Assembly: GCF_018977255.1 (NCBI RefSeq) | Contig: NW_024704743.1 | Span: 10,480,001-10,544,000, forward strand | Source: Callorhinchus milii | Taxonomy: Eukaryota | Reading direction: 5' to 3' | DNA: 64,000 nt | Shown: one piece after another, positions 49,884-62,770 of the stretch | Layout of the letters: each line of letters starts with the position of its first letter | Position numbering within the stretch: position 1 is the stretch's first letter | The notes under the pieces: generated by a model | The model's database searches: none | What the model was told of the DNA's origin: nothing | Seen by the model: only the letters and a program-made list of their open reading frames with translations | Translations under genes and position numbers: made by a program

Positions 49884-51103
49884 GCATTTATGTATAATGA
49901 GCTTGTTTAGGTCGTGATAGGAGATTGCCAAAAAAAAATGGCCATGGCACTGCCCCCTGAAAGACCTTTCTGATGAGGATTAAATTATGTCTCTACCTCA
50001 ATCGGTTATTGCATTATTGTCTGACAGGCAGACACACAGACAGACACACAGACATTTCGTATTTATTAGCATAGATTACACAATATATTATATAACATTT
50101 ATATATCATGGTATATTATTATATAATATATAACTATCATAAATATTCAGTGGACAACAACCCAATACCTTCATTAAGAGAGGTGGGATGCAAGATAATG
50201 ACAAAAACAAAAGAAATAATGTGAAAAACAAAATAAATAAATGAGGCTGCAAGAACTGGTTGGAAATAGAAGCAATCCTAATTTGTTTAGATTATAATAT
50301 GAATTCTCAATATTTATAGAATTCTGCTACGGCTTCACAGGGATGGTGTTGGACACCAAGCAAAAGAGAAGGGCTGATGGAGTGCTCCTGTTAACCCTAC
50401 AATCCAAAGCACTAATGGGCAGGGTGATATGAGCTGGACAAGTAGCAAGACACTTGCCAGACAGCGCTTTCAGTGGCAAGTTATGGGGTTTTTATGGTTG
50501 AACTCCAGCAATACCCAAACGTACACTCGGGAGTCCCAAGCCCTGGATCTTGCTAACCTACTCTACATAACTAATGTCTTTCCTCCTCAACAGTGCCTTC
50601 AGTTACTCCCCGCTTTTATCAGCTTGGAGTTAAACTACATGGCTAATTAGATGCTGAGCACGCGAATGCATTGTGCAAACACATATTGTTGTTATTGTAA
50701 TACTTTGGGGAATTAGGTAGGCAAGGACCATCTCTCCAAGGAGAGAGTAAGCATTCTATTCCAGATACAGGGAAATTGCCATGCATGGATGGCATACATA
50801 ATGTGGAGCTCTGTCTGGTTTGTATAGTCTCAAGCATTTTTGGTTGGGTCTGATTCTAACCCAGGCTAATGAATGTCTCCTTTTTGCCAGTTTTAAGGGT
50901 TCTGCGTGAGATGCATTTAGACAGTTTAAATGCAGTTGATGTTAGGCACAGGTTCATAGAACAAATCTGCATATAAATCAGCAGAAATTACCATAGAGGC
51001 CACAACAGCATCTTGCTCTTATGTAGTGCCCTCCACGCAGGGTAGCATCTCAGAGCATCCCACAAGGGAAGTTAATGTGATGCATGGAACTTTGGCATTG
51101 ATA

Positions 51104-51105
<2 letters not shown>

Positions 51106-51135
<30 letters not shown>
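51106..51135. repeat. (GT)15 microsatellite
   Basis: Read directly. Confidence 0.95.
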
Positions 51136-51138
<3 letters not shown>

Positions 51139-51238
51139 GGGGAGGAAAGGGGGGAAGCACTTTGAGACGTCCTCCTCACGTGAAAGGCATCAGATCAAAT
51201 ATAAGGATTCTTAATTACTATTTGTTATTAAAGTTAGT

Positions 51239-51615
51239 GGAGTTCTGTAGCTCAGTGGTTAGAACACTTGCCTTGCAAATGAGAGACCTGGGTTTGTTTC
51301 TTCCCTGGACAAAATCTTGGCCACGTTTCCTTACATGCCTCTGTTTAGCTAGCAATAAATAGGAACCCAGTTGTTAGTCGATTAGCATATCGCTTTTCCG
51401 GGCGTAATAATTCCTTCAAAATAAATAAAATAATAAATTGGTGACCTCAATCCATGACTGTTTGTGGGACCCTGCTGTGCACAATAGGCTGCCACATTAC
51501 ACCCACATACAGTTAATTCACTTTACAGTATATTCTGTATATATATATACAATATATTCTCAGAAATGTGATAAGGCGCTATATCAAATGCAAGGATTAT
51601 TATTATTTATTTATT
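51239..51615 (+). mobile_element. tRNA-headed SINE, long form, full length
   Basis: ggagttctgtagctcagtggttagaacac...ctctgtttagctagcaataaataggaaccc...aggcgctatatcaaatgcaagga(tta)n. Confidence 0.88.
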
Positions 51616-52604
51616 AGTGCTGAGATTTTTTTTTTTAAAAATCCAATTTTGGTGTTTCGTTGATTGCGGCTGTAACATGTACAAGTATAGAATCAAAATC
51701 ATATGATTCTATGGTATAAAATCATAGAATCAGAGATAGGAAGAATTCATTTAGCCCATTGAACCTAATCCAATGCCAGCACATCCACTGGAGCTAACTG
51801 CTTCATCCACAATCCTTGTAATTTGTACATGGCCTATTATATATTCTTCTTCTTGAATTGTTAATTCAATTTCCATTTAAGTGGTGTTATGGTCTTCGTA
51901 TCAACCACCACTTGTGGGACATCCATATTCTAAGTGTCTATCCCAGACAATGAGAAATTCTAGGTGATGTGTATATGTGGTAATCTCAGTCTGGTTTGGA
52001 TGCTCATAAGTATTGGGTTTCCATTTCAAATCCTAACCCCAAATAAATTCTTATCTCATGACAAAATTTCTGCTAATCTTCCAGTTAAATCCTCCAGTGA
52101 TAATCTTATTATCAATTTAGCATAAGCGGGAATAAAATGTGTTCCTCTGGTAGCTCAGTCGGTTAAAAACTTGTGTAAAACTGAGTAATCCAGCCGTCAA
52201 AGGTTCCAGCTTCAATCCCCAGCCTGTGTGGATTTAGCTGCAAGGATTATTATAAAAGCAGTCACTATATTTGAGGGTTCAGCTGGCTTCAAAGTGACAT
52301 GCTTGGCAATAGAATATCAGAATAGAATCAATCCTACATGGCGGTCTCGGTAGTCCAGTTCCTGAGGTCCGCAGTTCTCCAAGGCACTAATAACGGACCA
52401 GCCAACCTGGCTCATTGGTAGGTCTTGGAGGTGTAGACAAAATATTTCAAGATAATAATAATAATAATAATCCTGGCATTTGATATAGTGCCTTGTAACA
52501 TCTTTGGGACATCTCAAAGTGCTTCACAGAATATACTGTAAAGTGAATTTACTGTGTATTTTGTGGGCGAAACAGTACTCCAGTTCTTGAGATCCGCAGT
52601 ACTC

Positions 52605-55425
52605 ATAAGACATAAGAACATAATAAATGCTAGATGAAAAAAGACCAAGGTTCATCTAGTTCACCTTCCACCTTCCTAGTGGACGCATGCTCATATTTCC
52701 TAAACTACCTATGTACTATATCCCATAATGTTAATTCTTAAAAAATACTATCCTAAAAGAAAGAATCAACACTTACTGCTTCAACTGTCTTCATAGGGAG
52801 CCTGTTCCACAGGTTCACTATTCGCTCACTGAACTAATGTTTGCTTAGATACATTCTGAATTTACCCCCCTTCAATCGCAGGCTGTGTTTTCTGGTTTTA
52901 CTATTCTGGACAAGTTCTAGCCCCTTTAGAATCTTAAAGGCAGCAATCATGATGCCTTTCAATTCCAGTGTGAACATGCCCAATTTACTTAATCGCTCCT
53001 CATAGTCCAGTCATACCATTCTCTCAATTATTTTGATTGCTCTCCTCTGTATCTTCTCGATTTCTTCAATATCCTTTTTGTAATGCAGCAACCAGAACTG
53101 TACACAGTACTCTAAGTATGGTTTCACCAATGATTTATACAGATTACCCCACTGTTTTGTCTTGCTATTGATCTTTTGATACATCCCAACATCTGGTTTG
53201 CTTTATTCACTGCCACAGAAAATTGTTGGGAGAGCTTCAATTTATTGTCAATCAGGACCACCAGGTCCTTTTCACTTTCCATACATATTATCATAGAATT
53301 GTATAGCACAAAAAGGGGCCATGCGGCCCATCGAGTCTGTGCTGGCTCTTTGAAAAGAGCAATGTAATGTCAATCCCGAGTCACCAACACACCCACCAGT
53401 GGGAACAGTTTTTCCCTTTCTAATCTATCAAATCCCCTCATGATTTTGAAGACTTCTATTAGGGCTGCTCGAACCTTCTCTGCTCCAATGAGAATAATCA
53501 TCGCATCTCTAGCCTTTCCTCATAATTAAGGTCCCTCATTCCTGGTACCATCCTTGTAAATCTCCTCTGCACCCTTTCTAATGCCTTAACATCCTTCCTA
53601 CAGTGTGGTGCCCAGAACTGGGAACAGTATTCTAACTGAGGCCTAACCAGTGTTTTATATAGGTTAATCATTACTTCCTGACTCTTGTACTCTATGCCCC
53701 TATTTATAAAGCCTAGTATCCCATATGCCCCTTTTACAGCTTTATCTACCTGTCCTGTCACCTTCAACGATTCATTTACCTGCACCCCCAGGTCTCTCTG
53801 TTCTGTTACGCCCCTTAAGATTGTATTACCAGCCTATATTGCCTCCCCTCATTCTTTCTACCAAACTGCATTACCTCGCATTTCTCCACATTGAAACTCA
53901 TCTGCTAAGTGTCTGCCCATTTTACCATTCTATCTATGTCTTCCTGCAGTTGGGTACTATCCTTCTCACTGTTTACCACCCTACCTAACTTTGTGTCGTT
54001 TGCAAACTTAGAAATGGTACTTCCTATACCCAAGTCCAGATCATTTATGCATGTTAAGAAGAGCAGTGGTCCTAATACCGAACCCTGGGGGACGCCACTG
54101 TACACTTCCCTCCAGTCAGCAAAGCAGCTGTTCACCACAACTCTCTGCTTTCTGTCTCCCAGCCAGTTCTGGATCCATGATGCCACTGTTCCTTTTATAA
54201 CATGGGCTTCTATCTTTCTTACAAATTTTTCATGTGTCACTTTGTCAAATGCCTTTTGAAAGTCCATATAAACTACATCAACTGCACTACCTTTATCCAT
54301 CCTCTCTCCGTTACCTCATTGAAAAATTCTATTAGATTTGTTAGACAAGATTTGCCTTTAACAAATCCGTGCTGGCTGTTCCTAATTGACCCATATTCAT
54401 CTGAGTGAAGATTTATTCTGTCCTGGATTATAGTCTCCAGGAGTTTCCCCACTACTGATGTTAGGCTGACTGGCCTGTAGTTCCCAGGTTTGTCCTTCTG
54501 TTCCTTTTTGTACAGGGGAGTCACATTGGCCACTCTCCAGTCCTCTGGCACCACCCCTGTGTCCAACAAAGATTGAAAAATTGTAGCCAAAGCCTCCGCT
54601 ATTTGTACCCGTGCCTCCCATAGTACCATTGGCTGCATCCCGTTTGGACCGGGCAACTTATCTACATTCAGCCCAGTCAACCTTTTCAGTACCTCCTCTC
54701 TGTTTATACTTATCCTATCCATTTCCTCTATCCTCTTCTCCAATACTGCGGCATTTGGTGCAGCCACTTCTTTTGTGAAGACAGATGCAAAATACTCATT
54801 CAATACATCAGCCATATCCTCTGCCTCCACAATAAGATTTTCCGCCTTGTTCCTTAATTGGCCCCACCCTACCTTTGACTAACCTTTTTTTCTTGGTATG
54901 ATTATTTTCACATTATTTTCCATCTATTCAAATAATAGTCCCTTCCAGGATTTTTGGTCCCCATATGAAGTACTTTACATTTCTCCACATTGAATTTCAT
55001 CTGCCACCGATCTGCCCAATTCCAAAGTATTCTCAAATCCTCCTGTAACCTATCTTGTTCAGCTTCACAATCTACCACCTTCATTAGCTTGGTGTCATCT
55101 TCAAACTTACTGTGCAACCACTGTGCTTGCAACTCCTTGTTACAGATCATTTATAAAAATATGAAACAAGAGAGGTACCAAAACAGATCCTTGTCGAACT
55201 CCACTGGTAACATTTTCCCAGTCTGATGACATTCCCTGCACCACCACCATCTGGGTTCTTCCGGCCAACCAGATGCGTATGTAATGTAATATACCTCCAC
55301 TGATTCACACTTTCTTTATTTTCAGTACCAGCCTCTCAAGAGGAACTGTATCAAAGGCCTTACTGAAATCCAGATATATAACATCCACAGCCTTACCCTT
55401 ATCAAGCTCCCTTGTCACACCATCT
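52605..55425 (-). mobile_element. Older CR1 (52605-about 53286 and about 54905-55425) split by a second CR1
   Basis: KFEDDTKL...KCKVLHMG...YYLN (54908-55150) continues as ESEKDLVVLIDNKL (53124-53290); tail cataagacataagaacata at about 52605. Confidence 0.85.
53287..54900 (-). mobile_element. Nested CR1, 5'-truncated
   Basis: [49 protein letters not shown]; tail 'atcatagaattgtatagcac' at about 53290. Confidence 0.93.
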
Positions 55426-55444
55426 AAGAGAAACAGTAAATAAG

Positions 55445-55547
55445 ATTGGCTGCTGCGTTTCACCCACAAAATATACAGTCAATTCACTTTACAGTATATT
55501 CTGTAAAGCGCTTTGGGACACCTAGAAGAGGTGAAATGCAAGGATTA

Positions 55548-55587
<40 letters not shown>
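55445..55587 (+). mobile_element. SINE 3' fragment with expanded (TTA)n tail
   Basis: 'ggctgctgcgtttcacccacaaaatatacag...aatgcaagga' followed by (TTA)n. Confidence 0.85.
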
Positions 55588-56489
55588 CTCGTCCCCTCTC
55601 TTTCTGCCTTTAAGCCAGGCCTCAAATGCTACCACTTTGAACACACCTAAGGCCACCTCCATCTCTTGCCCCTCTTTCTTGTTTAGTGTCTATCCCTGTC
55701 TTTGTGAAATACTCTGAGACATTACTCTATGTGCAGGGCCTTATATACATGCAAGTTGTTATTTTTACTGTAAAGCATACTAATTCCTAACAATCCATAA
55801 TGTTAAAAAAAACTAACTTCTCTCTTCATTGGTTTGAATTCACATTTCCTTTATTCTTCTGAATTTACACTGACCAATGGAAATAGTTTTCATTTACTCC
55901 ATCAAAATCAATCATTATTTATCCAAGTCCCTAACATCATTTAAAAGGGTATGAGAAAACATAAAAAAAACTTGATCGTTAGTTTCTTGGCCAGAGTCAG
56001 TACCTTTGTCACATTCCTCGTGGGGTCTTTCTCTGATGAATGCTCAAGTGCGAGGCCATTGTACAGCTGCTATTCTGGCGAATTTTTGGCAAGAGTTAGT
56101 TATTGATAACTTTCAATAGCTCCCTGGAAAGATGGGACTGTTTAGTTTTCAAACTACCATGGTTTGAGAAACAATAAAATTACAAGAATCAATTGCACTG
56201 GAACTCTCTGAAGCCTATCATTCACCAAAGAGAAAAACATTGTCTGAAAGGAGCCTTTTTTGGGGGTTAGGAAATCGTCTGCCACATTTATTCACCAGCA
56301 GGTCAGTACCTTGCTGATTGATAATGCTATCAGTAAAACAAATGCAACATCTTAGCACCGATCATATCTGTGGTACCAAGTTCTTATTTAAAACTTTCTT
56401 CACAAAGAACTGATTGCAAACTTTCCAATGTTTCTCCAAAAGACATGGATTCATTTTTCAATATGGTTTCCACAACTACCTGGTTTGTC

Positions 56490-56915
56490 AGTCATTTAGA
56501 TACTGCCTTTTGCATAAGGTATTGTCTCAAGTTACGGAGACGGTGCTGAACACTGAGTAGGGAGGGTGGAGGAAGATGATCATAGGCACGGTTAAGGACT
56601 CTTTTACATACTGATAGAGAGGGGGTGAGGGAGAGGGAATCAAGGTGGAAGTTCCAGCAGTAGGGGAGTGTGACTGAAGGCTTGAGAAATGAGCGGCTGT
56701 GGGAAGAGGAATGCACAGAAGGACAATATGTGTCAAGCGGAGGGGATGAGATTGAGATTGAGGCTGGAGAAGGTCATAGAGAGAGGGAGGGGCAAGGGCC
56801 TGAAGGGTTTCATGGGTACGAGTGGGGATCTTGAAGCTGATCTGCTGGGAGGCAGGGAGGCCAGAAGTGATGAATTTGAGAAGCTTAGTCCAGATAAGAA
56901 TGTGTACAACTGAAG
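56490..56915 (-). mobile_element. Old L2 3' fragment
   Basis: Minus-strand 'ctgctggaacttccaccttgattccctctcc' and 'cagcttcaagatccccactc', L2-like. Confidence 0.65.
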
Positions 56916-57387
56916 GTGCCAGAGAATATAGGAAGAGATGAATTTCCCACCTCGCTGTGGGAATTACTGGAATGACCCCAACTGAATGTTGAAAAAAAAT
57001 TAAAGAAGAGTATGCTTAAGCAACAGTAAGTGACTGTAGTTTTTGAATTCATATTTCAGGTTGTGAAATAGCTGTTCTATGTATGTGTGTTTTGAAGAAT
57101 GACTGTGATAAATAGGAGTGGAATAAAACACCAGTTTTAGTGAAGAGCTACTTTAATACGTGAACTCAATAACTGGTCAATGCATGTAGTAGTAAATATA
57201 TTGAAGATCCAATGTCCGTTCATTTGTACCAGCTTTGAACATTCCATGGTTGCCACTTGGCTTTGACTGTATTAATTTTGTAGTGACAGAGGGATCAAAA
57301 ATGTGGAAAGCTCTACTACAAGATTCAAAAAGGATCTATAAATATTGAATTTTGTCCAGAGCACTGCATTGTCTGTGCATTAGTTTT

Positions 57388-57755
57388 GTCAACTTGGCTC
57401 AGTAGGTAGCATTCTCACCTTGGAGTCAGAAGGCTTTAGCTTCAAACCCCAAATCAGATCTTTAAACTCACATAGTCCAGGCAGACACTCCAATGTGCTG
57501 CGGGAGTGCTGAACTGTTAGAGGAGACATCAAACCAAGGTCCCATTTGCTTGCTCAGGTAAGCATCAATTGAAAAAAGGAGCTTCTACCCCTGTCCTGGG
57601 CAACATTCCTCCAGATTAATTGGTTGTTCACCTTGTGGCTGTTTGTGGTGCAAAGTGATGTAAATTGCCACTCAGTTCTCCTACAGTTAGTACACTTGTC
57701 GGCAATTACCCAAAAGGCGCTTTGAAACATTTCATCAAATGCAAAGGCTTTTATT
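57388..57755 (+). mobile_element. Decayed Deu-domain SINE
   Basis: Head gtcaacttggctcagtaggtagcattctcacc...gagtcagaagg; body 'ggctgtttgtgg'; tail 'aaggcgctttg...caaatgcaa'. Confidence 0.72.
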
Positions 57756-58199
57756 TTGCAATATAAAGCGCTTTAAAAATGCCCTTGTTCATTTTCTGAC
57801 GCTGACCAGGAGTAGGAATATCAGTCCGGGATGGTGAGGCTTATTGTAACATCCCCTACTGCTGCCTATGATGAGAGCAGCAAACTCAGCAATTCTCTAA
57901 TAACACCTGCCTGGCTAATGTGGCTCATTACCACGCTGAGCATTGTAGTTATTCACCAAGACATCTGCGATCTGTATTTGCAGCATGTTTCTATTGGTTT
58001 CAAGCTCAGCACGACAAACGTTACCTTCCTTAAACAGTGGCAATAATGAGAATGTCAAAATGTCTTAATCTCTCCACACATCGAGTCTCAATGATGTATA
58101 GTGACTATTTTTACTCAGGCAGGCAATTGGAACATCTAATCTGCCACAAAGAGCAATGAGGTAAATGATTTTAAGTCTTTTTATCAACTGGGCCAGGAC

Positions 58200-59226
58200 A
58201 ATCCCTCTTTGTCACATCATTTGGAAACATGGGGTCAACTTCCACATGTATGCAGATGACACCCAACTCTACCTCTCCACCCTCGACTCCAGGACCACTG
58301 CTGTCCTCACAGACTTCCTGTCGGACATCAAATCCTGGATGAGAGCTAACCTTCTTTAGTTGAATGACAACAAGACTGAGGTCTTCCTGCTTGGCTTCCA
58401 TCAGCGCCTCCATACCTCGGGCACTGACAGCATCACCCTTCATGGATGCACTCTACACCACACCTCATGGAGCCAATATGGAACCTCGGCATCCTATTTG
58501 ACTCTCCACTGTCCTTCATCTCCCATATCTGTGCCATGGTCCGCTCCATCTTTCCCCACCTCCACAACATTGCCCAGTTCCACCACTGTCTCTCACCGCA
58601 GGCCACTGAGACCCTCATCCACGCGTTCATTACATCCAGGCTCGAATATGTAAATTCCCTGTTTGTCAGCCTCCCCAACTCCTTCCTCCACAGGATGCAA
58701 ATCATCCAGAATGCTGCAGCCCATGTTCTCTCCCACACCAGGCTCCGTGGCCCTATCACCCCCATCCTCGCCTGGCACCACTGGCTCCCCATTACTCAGA
58801 GGATATAGTTCAAGATTCTGGTCCTCAGCTTCAAAGCACTCTACAGCCTTGCTCCTCCCTATATTTGTGACCTCCTAACCTCCCACCAACCTGCATGCTC
58901 CCTCCTCTCAGTGGGCTCCTGCTTGCTTCGCATCCCCTGTCTTGCTTGCCTCACCATTGGCAGGAGGAGTTCAGCCTTTCTGCCCCCACCCTCTGGAATT
59001 CCAGCCCACAGTCCCTCCAACTCACCTCCTCCTTTGCCTCCTTCAGGATCCGTCTCAAGACCCTCCTCTTCGACCGTGCCTTCTGTCATCCCCCTAACCC
59101 TCCCCACCCCTCCTCATTCCAACCACCAGCTTGAGTGCGGATCCCTGACTGTCCATCACCTTGGGACTTTCTCCTGGTGTGAAAGGTGCTATACAAATGT
59201 AATTTGTCATTTGTTGTTTGTTGTTG
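58200..59226 (+). mobile_element. L2, 5'-truncated, decayed
   Basis: [43 protein letters not shown], tail 'gtgaaaggtgctatacaaatg'. Confidence 0.92.
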
Positions 59227-59394
59227 ACAAAATTAGAACTCTCAGCTTCTCTGCTAGATAGAACTCTGGGAGAAATTTCCTTCTCTTCTTGAATAGTGCC
59301 ACAAGATCAATAATCTCCACCTGAACCGAAAGATTAAAGGTTAATGTCTTATCTGAAAATCACTTTTAAAAATACATGATGCCATTATAATAAT

Positions 59395-59818
59395 ATTAAT
59401 TATAATAATAATTATCCTTTCATTTATTAGAACGATTCATCATGATGTCAATATGTCTTAAAGCACTTGTGATATACTGCAAAGTGGTGTGACTTGTATA
59501 TTTTGTGGGTATTTTGTGATAGCCAATTTGTTCACAGCAATGTCTCACAAACAGCCAAGGAGTGAGTGGCCAAATTTATTTGGGGGATGGTTGGCCAAGA
59601 CACCGGGGGAAATTTCCTTCTCTTCTTGTATAATGCCACGGATCTTTAACATCCAGACAGGCAGAAAGGACCTTGGTTTAATGTCTCATCTGTAGGATGG
59701 TACTTCCTACAATGTAGCACACATCCAGTGTTGCATTGGCATGCCAGACTAAATTGTGATTTAAAAGTCCCAACATGTGGCTTGAACACACAACTTTCTG
59801 ATTTGAGACAGACTGACA
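59395..59818 (-). mobile_element. Deu-domain SINE, near full length
   Basis: Tail (TAA)n; body 'cacagcaatgtctcacaaacagcc'; 'tttaatgtctcatctgtaggatgg'; head 'ttgaacacacaactttctga'. Confidence 0.75.
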
Positions 59819-60060
59819 CATTATTATTAATAAACCCTCAATGGGCTAAAAAAAACATATAATTTACCTAGCACTACAACTGGCCCTATGAAACCTTGAC
59901 TTAATGGCTTAAATTTGCATTACCTGAACCGAGGTAACTTGTCATGTAATGAGGCATACCAACAGCTGTAAGCACAGTGTCCAGATGGCAGAGGGCTATC
60001 TGTAAAATAATTGGCACATTTGCTGCCAGTGGTTCCTTTTAACCAGAACAACCCACCACC

Positions 60061-60310
60061 AGGGCGAAACCTTGGGCAAGTTTCCTTACTCCACACACCT
60101 ATTAATAATCCCTCCAAAATAAAAACAATAATAAATTGGTCATTTTCAATCCCCGACTGTTTTTGGGACACTGCTGTGCGCAATTGGCTGCCGTGTTTCG
60201 CACACAAATATACAGTCAATTCACTTTACAGCATATTCTGTGAAGCGCTTTGAGATGTCGAGAAGATGTGAAAAGCGCTATATCAAAATGCAAGGATTAT
60301 TATTATTATT
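60061..60310 (+). mobile_element. Young SINE short form, headless
   Basis: Begins 'agggcgaaaccttgggcaagtttcc' and ends '(tta)n'. Confidence 0.88.
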
Positions 60311-61157
60311 CTCAGGCTCTCACTTCTAACAGTATAGACACGGTTTCATTCCCTTCCTTGGAGGAACTGGTGTAAAATGAATCCAAAATCTCCTTTACAG
60401 CATAGAAAATGTGTTCTCCATTCCCTTCCTTTGACAGCATCAACAGATTCAAGGAAGGCTTTCTCTTGCTGTAACATGCTGTTTGCAAATGCTGCCAACA
60501 AAATTTTCAGCAGTGCATGGGTTTCAAATAGTGCCATCAATATGATCACAGAACTGCTTACATTACTGACAAGGACATGTGTTACTTTTGGCCGCTCCAG
60601 TTGTATAACAAAAACAAGGGGCAATGTAATTCCTCCTCTTCCTGACGAGGCTGGGTTTCAAATGGCATTTGTGCCGTTTCCCACAATTTGCGTTTACTTA
60701 AAAGGACCATCTGTCCTTTGGATGAGATGTTCAACTGAGGTCCTATGCTGTTGCCTGTTCATTAAAGATCCTATTAGCACCATTGGAAAAAAGAGAAGGA
60801 AGTTTCTCCCGAGGCCTGGCCACAAAATCCCTAGATAAAATTGTTCATTCACTTTGTGGTTGTTTATGAGACATTGATGTGCATAAATGGGCTGCCGGGT
60901 TCAGTTTCAGAATTAAAAATTTGCAAAATTCTAGATGCTCAGAAATGTTGGGGCTGGGGGGGAAGTGGGGGAGGTAGCTGAACCTCAGATATGCTGGGGT
61001 CAGTGCCGATTGATCTTTGCTCACATCAGCTTCAAGTTAGACCAGGTGAGTGATCTTCTCTTGTTTCTTTTATCTTCAATCCGGGAGTAAAATTTACAAT
61101 CTTCCTTCACACATTTCTCATGCTGATTAGCACAAAGGCAAGTTAGACCAGGTGAGT

Positions 61158-61411
61158 GATAATAATAATAATAATCCTTGCATTTGATATAGCGCTTTTC
61201 ATGTCAGGAGGACGTCCCAAAGCTCTTCACAGAACACACTGTAAAGTGAATTGACTGTATATTTGTGGTGAACGCGGCAGCCAATTGCGCACAGAAATGT
61301 CCCACAAACAGTCGTAGATTGAAAATGACCAATTTATTATTGTTTTTTGTTTTGGAGGGATTATTATTAGGTGTGTGGAGTAAGGAAACTTGCCCAAGGT
61401 TTCGCCCTGCC
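61158..61411 (-). mobile_element. Young SINE short form, headless, fused to an L2 tail
   Basis: Near-identical to 14290-14540. Confidence 0.9.
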
Positions 61412-61695
61412 CTCCACGTCCCACGACCCACCCGCCCCACCATTGGCGGGAGAGCCTTCAGCCATTCTGCCCCCAACCTTGGAATTCCATCCCCCAATCA
61501 CTCCGCCTCGCCCCATCCTTAGCCTCCTTCAAGTCCCACCACAAAACCCTCCTCTTCGACCATGCCATCGGTCACCCCCTTCCCCTCCCGCCCTTCTCCC
61601 CAGCTCGGGACTGAAATCTGTACACCGTTGAGCACCTCGGGACGTCCTCCTGACGTGAAAAGCGTTCTGCAAATGTAATCTTGTTGTTGTTGTTA
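61412..61695 (+). mobile_element. L2 3' end
   Basis: [21 protein letters not shown]; tail 'gggacgtcctcctgacgtgaaaagcg' + (TTG)n. Confidence 0.9.
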
Positions 61696-62770
61696 TCACT
61701 GAATGTGCACTTACCAACAACCATTGGAATCACATTGAATCATGGGAAATGAAGTTTTCTGCACATGCGGCGACAGATCAAGACTGCATTTCCCGCTTCA
61801 CAGAATATACTGTAAATTGGTGTGTATTGTTTAATGGGCAAACATGGCAGCCAATTTGCACACACCAGTATCCCAGAAATAGCCATGGAATTAGCACAGA
61901 TGTTGACACTCACTGCAATGAAAAGATCTCTAGTCTGACCTCCCAAGCAAATCATTGAGATGTCCTCAAGCAATCAATTCTGGTATCTCCTATAAAACTG
62001 GTGTTATTGTGGTGTCTCTAGTAAGCTTGTAAATAATTATAGTCATTTGGTGCTTTGCAAATGCCTTTAGCTGCATACATTATAGTAGGACAAATAACAT
62101 TGAAAAATGTAAGGAACACATGAAGATGTAAACTAACTTTTTTTAATATTTACAGAGAAAGGTGAACAATAGGAATTGGTAACAAATTTCATACGATACA
62201 TTTTTCACCACACGGGAATGAGCTCCAGTAAAGCCTGTCTCAAGTGAGGAGTTGAATAGAAAAACAAACAGCTAAACAATGATGAGGAGAATCATCACAA
62301 AGTGAAAATAATAACGATAATAATAATAATATTATTATTAATAATAATAATAACGATAATAATAACGATAATAATCTTTGCATTTGATATAGAGCCTGAC
62401 CATGTTTCACCCACAAAATATACAGTCAATTCACTTTACAGTATATTCTGTGAAGCGCTTTGAGACTTCTAGAAAGGCGCTATTTCAAATGCAAGAATTT
62501 TTATTATTATTATTATTATGTTGTTGAGCTGCCTCAAAGTGCTTCACAGGATTTAACATTAAAGTGTAGTGATTGTGTATTTTACAATAATAGTCATAAT
62601 AATCCTTGCCTTGTGTACAGTGCCTTTCCCATCGTGACTTCTCCAAGCGCTTTACACAATATAATTCAAAGTGCAGTGACTATGTCATTTGTAGGCAAAT
62701 GCGGTAGCCATATTTGCACACAGCAACGTATGCATCACCTAGAAATGAAGACTATTTCTAGGTGATACGT

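Larger units (their letters stand above)
47228..50075 (-). mobile_element. Helitron, internally deleted, both termini present
   Basis: 5' A|TC at 50076|50075; 3' hairpin (47240-47259), 8 nt, then CTAG|T at 47231-47228|47227; encloses RepHel remnants. Confidence 0.9.

Noticed and set aside
60346..60838. Overlapping 92-aa and 153-aa ORFs
   Set aside because: No recognisable homology or convincing splice boundaries, and the distal part is SINE sequence.
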